Shown here one piece after another: positions 61,821 to 64,000 of a stretch of DNA of 64,000 nucleotides (its first letter is position 1; each line of letters starts with the position of its first letter). The notes beneath the pieces are model-generated. The model had not been told where the DNA came from. It did not search any database and was given only the letters and a program-made list of their open reading frames with translations. The DNA comes from Nitrosopumilaceae archaeon (GTDB lineage Archaea; Thermoproteota; Nitrososphaeria; Nitrososphaerales; Nitrosopumilaceae). The stretch spans positions 2,880,001 through 2,944,000 of the forward strand of contig CBDCCK010000002.1 of the NCBI GenBank assembly GCA_965214835.1, read 5' to 3'. The translations under genes were made by a program, and so were the position numbers.

Positions 61821-62856
61821 GATAGCAGAGGAGATCCTAAAGTTTTCAAACAATGTGGCGCGGGCCCCCAGCCATGTTTTGTCACCGGACGAAATCATCT
61901 TGGAGACGACCGAGCACGAGGTCGCATACGAGGAGGACAAGGTCAGACTGCTACACTACAAGCCGCTGACAGAAAAGCAGGTCAGCATCCCGATCGTAAT
62001 CGCCTATGCAATCATCAACAGGTACCACATACTGGACATCCAGCACGAGAAAAGCTGGGTTCGAAACCTCCTAGGGCAGGGATTTGACGTGTACATGGTA
62101 GACTGGGGAATGCCGACCAACATGGACAAGTACCTTGACTTTGACGACTATGTCAACGGGTATCTTCACAACTGCATAGAGTTTGCAAAAAACGAGTCAG
62201 GCTCCGAGCATGCGACGCTGCAGGGGTACTGCACCGGCGGAACCATCGCCGCAGCATATGCGGCGCTGCATCCAGAAAACATCAAGAACCTGGTTGTGAC
62301 GGCGCCCGTAATCGATGGCTGGAGGGATACGACGGTGGTCAGCAACCTTGTAAGACACATAGATGTAGACAGCATGGTGGAGACCATCGGCAACATGCCG
62401 CCGGAGTTCATGTACTATTGCTTTTCCATCCTAAAGCCGTTCGAGCAGGGAATTGAAAAGTACATCAGACTGTTTAACAACATAGACAACAAGAGGTTTG
62501 TGGATAGCTTTATGAGGGTGGAAAAATGGCTGGCAGAGACCCCGCCAATCCCCGGGGAGCTGTTCCGGCAGTGGATAAAGGACATCTACCAGGAGAACCT
62601 GCTGGTCCAGGACAAGATGTACGTGGGAGGAAGGCACGTATCCCTGAAGAACATAACAATGCCGATATTCACACAGGTGGCAGTGGGGGATCACCTCGTT
62701 TCGCCAGAATGCAGCATGCCGATTCACTATGCAGTCCAAAGCGAGGACAAGACCATGAGAATCTATCCCACGGGGCATGTGGGCATGATTGCAAGCTCGT
62801 TTTCACAAAGAACGGTTTTGCCCGAATTGGGCGACTGGTTGAAGGAAAGATCATAA
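61798..62856 (+). CDS. phaC: Class III PHA synthase PhaC
   Basis: YAIINRYHILD, VDWG, GYCTGG, GDHLV, TGHVG. Confidence 0.93.
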   Translation: MQNQADSKIAEEILKFSNNVARAPSHVLSPDEIILETTEHEVAYEEDKVRLLHYKPLTEKQVSIPIVIAYAIINRYHILDIQHEKSWVRNLLGQGFDVYMVDWGMPTNMDKYLDFDDYVNGYLHNCIEFAKNESGSEHATLQGYCTGGTIAAAYAALHPENIKNLVVTAPVIDGWRDTTVVSNLVRHIDVDSMVETIGNMPPEFMYYCFSILKPFEQGIEKYIRLFNNIDNKRFVDSFMRVEKWLAETPPIPGELFRQWIKDIYQENLLVQDKMYVGGRHVSLKNITMPIFTQVAVGDHLVSPECSMPIHYAVQSEDKTMRIYPTGHVGMIASSFSQRTVLPELGDWLKERS

Positions 62857-62881
62857 AAAAGAAGGATGGACCTGGGGTCTC

Positions 62882-63307
62882 CTAGTTGGTTCTCGGTGTA
62901 AATGCCGAAATCCAGGACTGTAGTATGTTTCTGTTCAGATCAGCAAATGACTTTGCATTGTCATTGAATGTCTTGATGTTCTGCTGTGTCGCATCTATTG
63001 CTGCCAATACCAGCTGGTTTTGAATTCCAGTGGCCTTTACAAACTCAGCAGAGGAGTCCCTGACGATTTTTGCTGCCGCCTCTGGGACCACAGTGTTGAC
63101 GCCGGACTTTCTTGCAAGTTCCTTTTGCAGCGTAACCGAAGAGGTTACAAGGTTCTCACATGCCTGCAGGTACTCTTGCTGCACGTTGGTAATTGATTGA
63201 TGGTACTGCGGAACAGACTGCCTCACCGCGTTGAAGAGCTTGTCAAAGCCCTGCTGGTATACAGAAAAGATATCCCTTGGATTTGCTTGTTGCTCGTTTT
63301 TACTCAT
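62882..63307 (-). CDS. Putative phasin (PhaP-like)
   Basis: Q/A/N-rich amphipathic helical protein next to phaEC. Confidence 0.55.
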   Translation of the reverse strand: MSKNEQQANPRDIFSVYQQGFDKLFNAVRQSVPQYHQSITNVQQEYLQACENLVTSSVTLQKELARKSGVNTVVPEAAAKIVRDSSAEFVKATGIQNQLVLAAIDATQQNIKTFNDNAKSFADLNRNILQSWISAFTPRTN

Positions 63308-63723
63308 TGTTTCACCTCCCTGCTCTTTGATTTTTTTGATACGGGAAGGACGATTATCTGTACCAAATCGCCTTCTCCTAGTCCGAGTGCATCCCTCTCT
63401 GCCTCCGGAATCGAGATGCGGCCATTGCTGCCAATTGTGGTCTTGTATGCACCCCAATTGGCAAAACTTGGCAACACCTGCCCAAGGCTGAACATTCTAT
63501 CCATGGCCTGGCTCTGAAGCGAGGCTACCTTGTCTACAACGTCGCTTTGGGCCTGAGCGGTCTTTTCTGTGATCTCTTTGAGGGTGTCAAGGGGGTTGAA
63601 GGCCTGGTTGTTTCCCATCAATGTAGCAAAATTACGCATGAATTCTGCCTGTGCCTTTCCACTCTTTTGTATCCACTCTTGGAACATTGCTGACGGATCA
63701 TGTTGGTTTTGTTTACCACTCAT
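63304..63723 (-). CDS. AbrB-domain protein (haloarchaeal PhaR-like)
   Basis: NGRISIPEAERDALGLGEGDLVQIIV C-terminal AbrB domain; overlaps the phasin-like gene. Confidence 0.7.
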   Translation of the reverse strand: MSGKQNQHDPSAMFQEWIQKSGKAQAEFMRNFATLMGNNQAFNPLDTLKEITEKTAQAQSDVVDKVASLQSQAMDRMFSLGQVLPSFANWGAYKTTIGSNGRISIPEAERDALGLGEGDLVQIIVLPVSKKSKSREVKQ

Positions 63724-63772
63724 TGGTAATTACAGGATCATACTGGTATATAAATCATGCAAGAGTTATGGC

Positions 63773-63864
63773 GCATGAGGTCACCTGCCCCCGTCAATCA
63801 GGCACAAATTGGCACGTACAATTATGATTTCCATGCCTAGACAACGGGGGACGTGGCCTCGTAC
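63773..63864. mobile_element. MITE family B, diverged, reverse orientation
   Basis: GCATGAGGTCACCTGCCCCC...GGGGACGTGGCCTCGTAC; TSD GTTATGG(C/T). Confidence 0.8.
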
Positions 63865-64000
63865 GTTATGGTTGCAATCGGTTAGGTTGAGCATGTAAAG
63901 ATTAGGGTGGAAAAACAGGCACAAATCCCAGGATGCCGTAGACGCCTCGACCAGTCTGGCCGATGCATCCGCGCCCGCGCATATGCCATGTCCCGATGCA

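Overview
Archaeal window of Thaumarchaeota/Nitrososphaerota (Nitrosopumilaceae-like) character. Core islands (ilvB-ilvN-leuA-leuB, lsrF-type aldolase, Zn-dehydrogenase, stand-alone A/V-ATPase subunit F, YchF, BirA, TFB, phaE-phaC with phasin/AbrB genes, tRNA-Arg(GCG)) are separated by heavily IS-colonised accessory DNA: IS5 (ISL2-like and IS903-like), ISH3, IS66, IS630, IS481, IS3, IS6-like (SWIM), an IS110 remnant and at least four MITE families, mostly frameshifted or nested. This pattern suggests a host-associated (e.g. sponge-symbiont) lineage, which is inference only. Main observations: (1) a large secreted S8 protease that lacks an in-cis propeptide and overlaps an upstream gene that looks like a free-standing, membrane-anchored propeptide, with a second truncated copy of the pair elsewhere; (2) three separate 'about 35-38 bp target duplication + about 36-39 bp foreign insert' scars with CRISPR repeat-spacer geometry at non-CRISPR sites; (3) a 95-nt tRNA-like gene with CAG anticodon, G73 and an oversized variable arm beside a TacAT-like GNAT toxin-antitoxin pair; (4) a 13.7-kb unit bounded by inverted IS6-like ends with a perfect 8-bp TSD; (5) a DUF3800-like remnant with an adjacent structured RNA, a PD-(D/E)XK-wHTH-MNT/HEPN module and a 1-kb fold-back IS5. 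All calls were made by eye; no searches were run.
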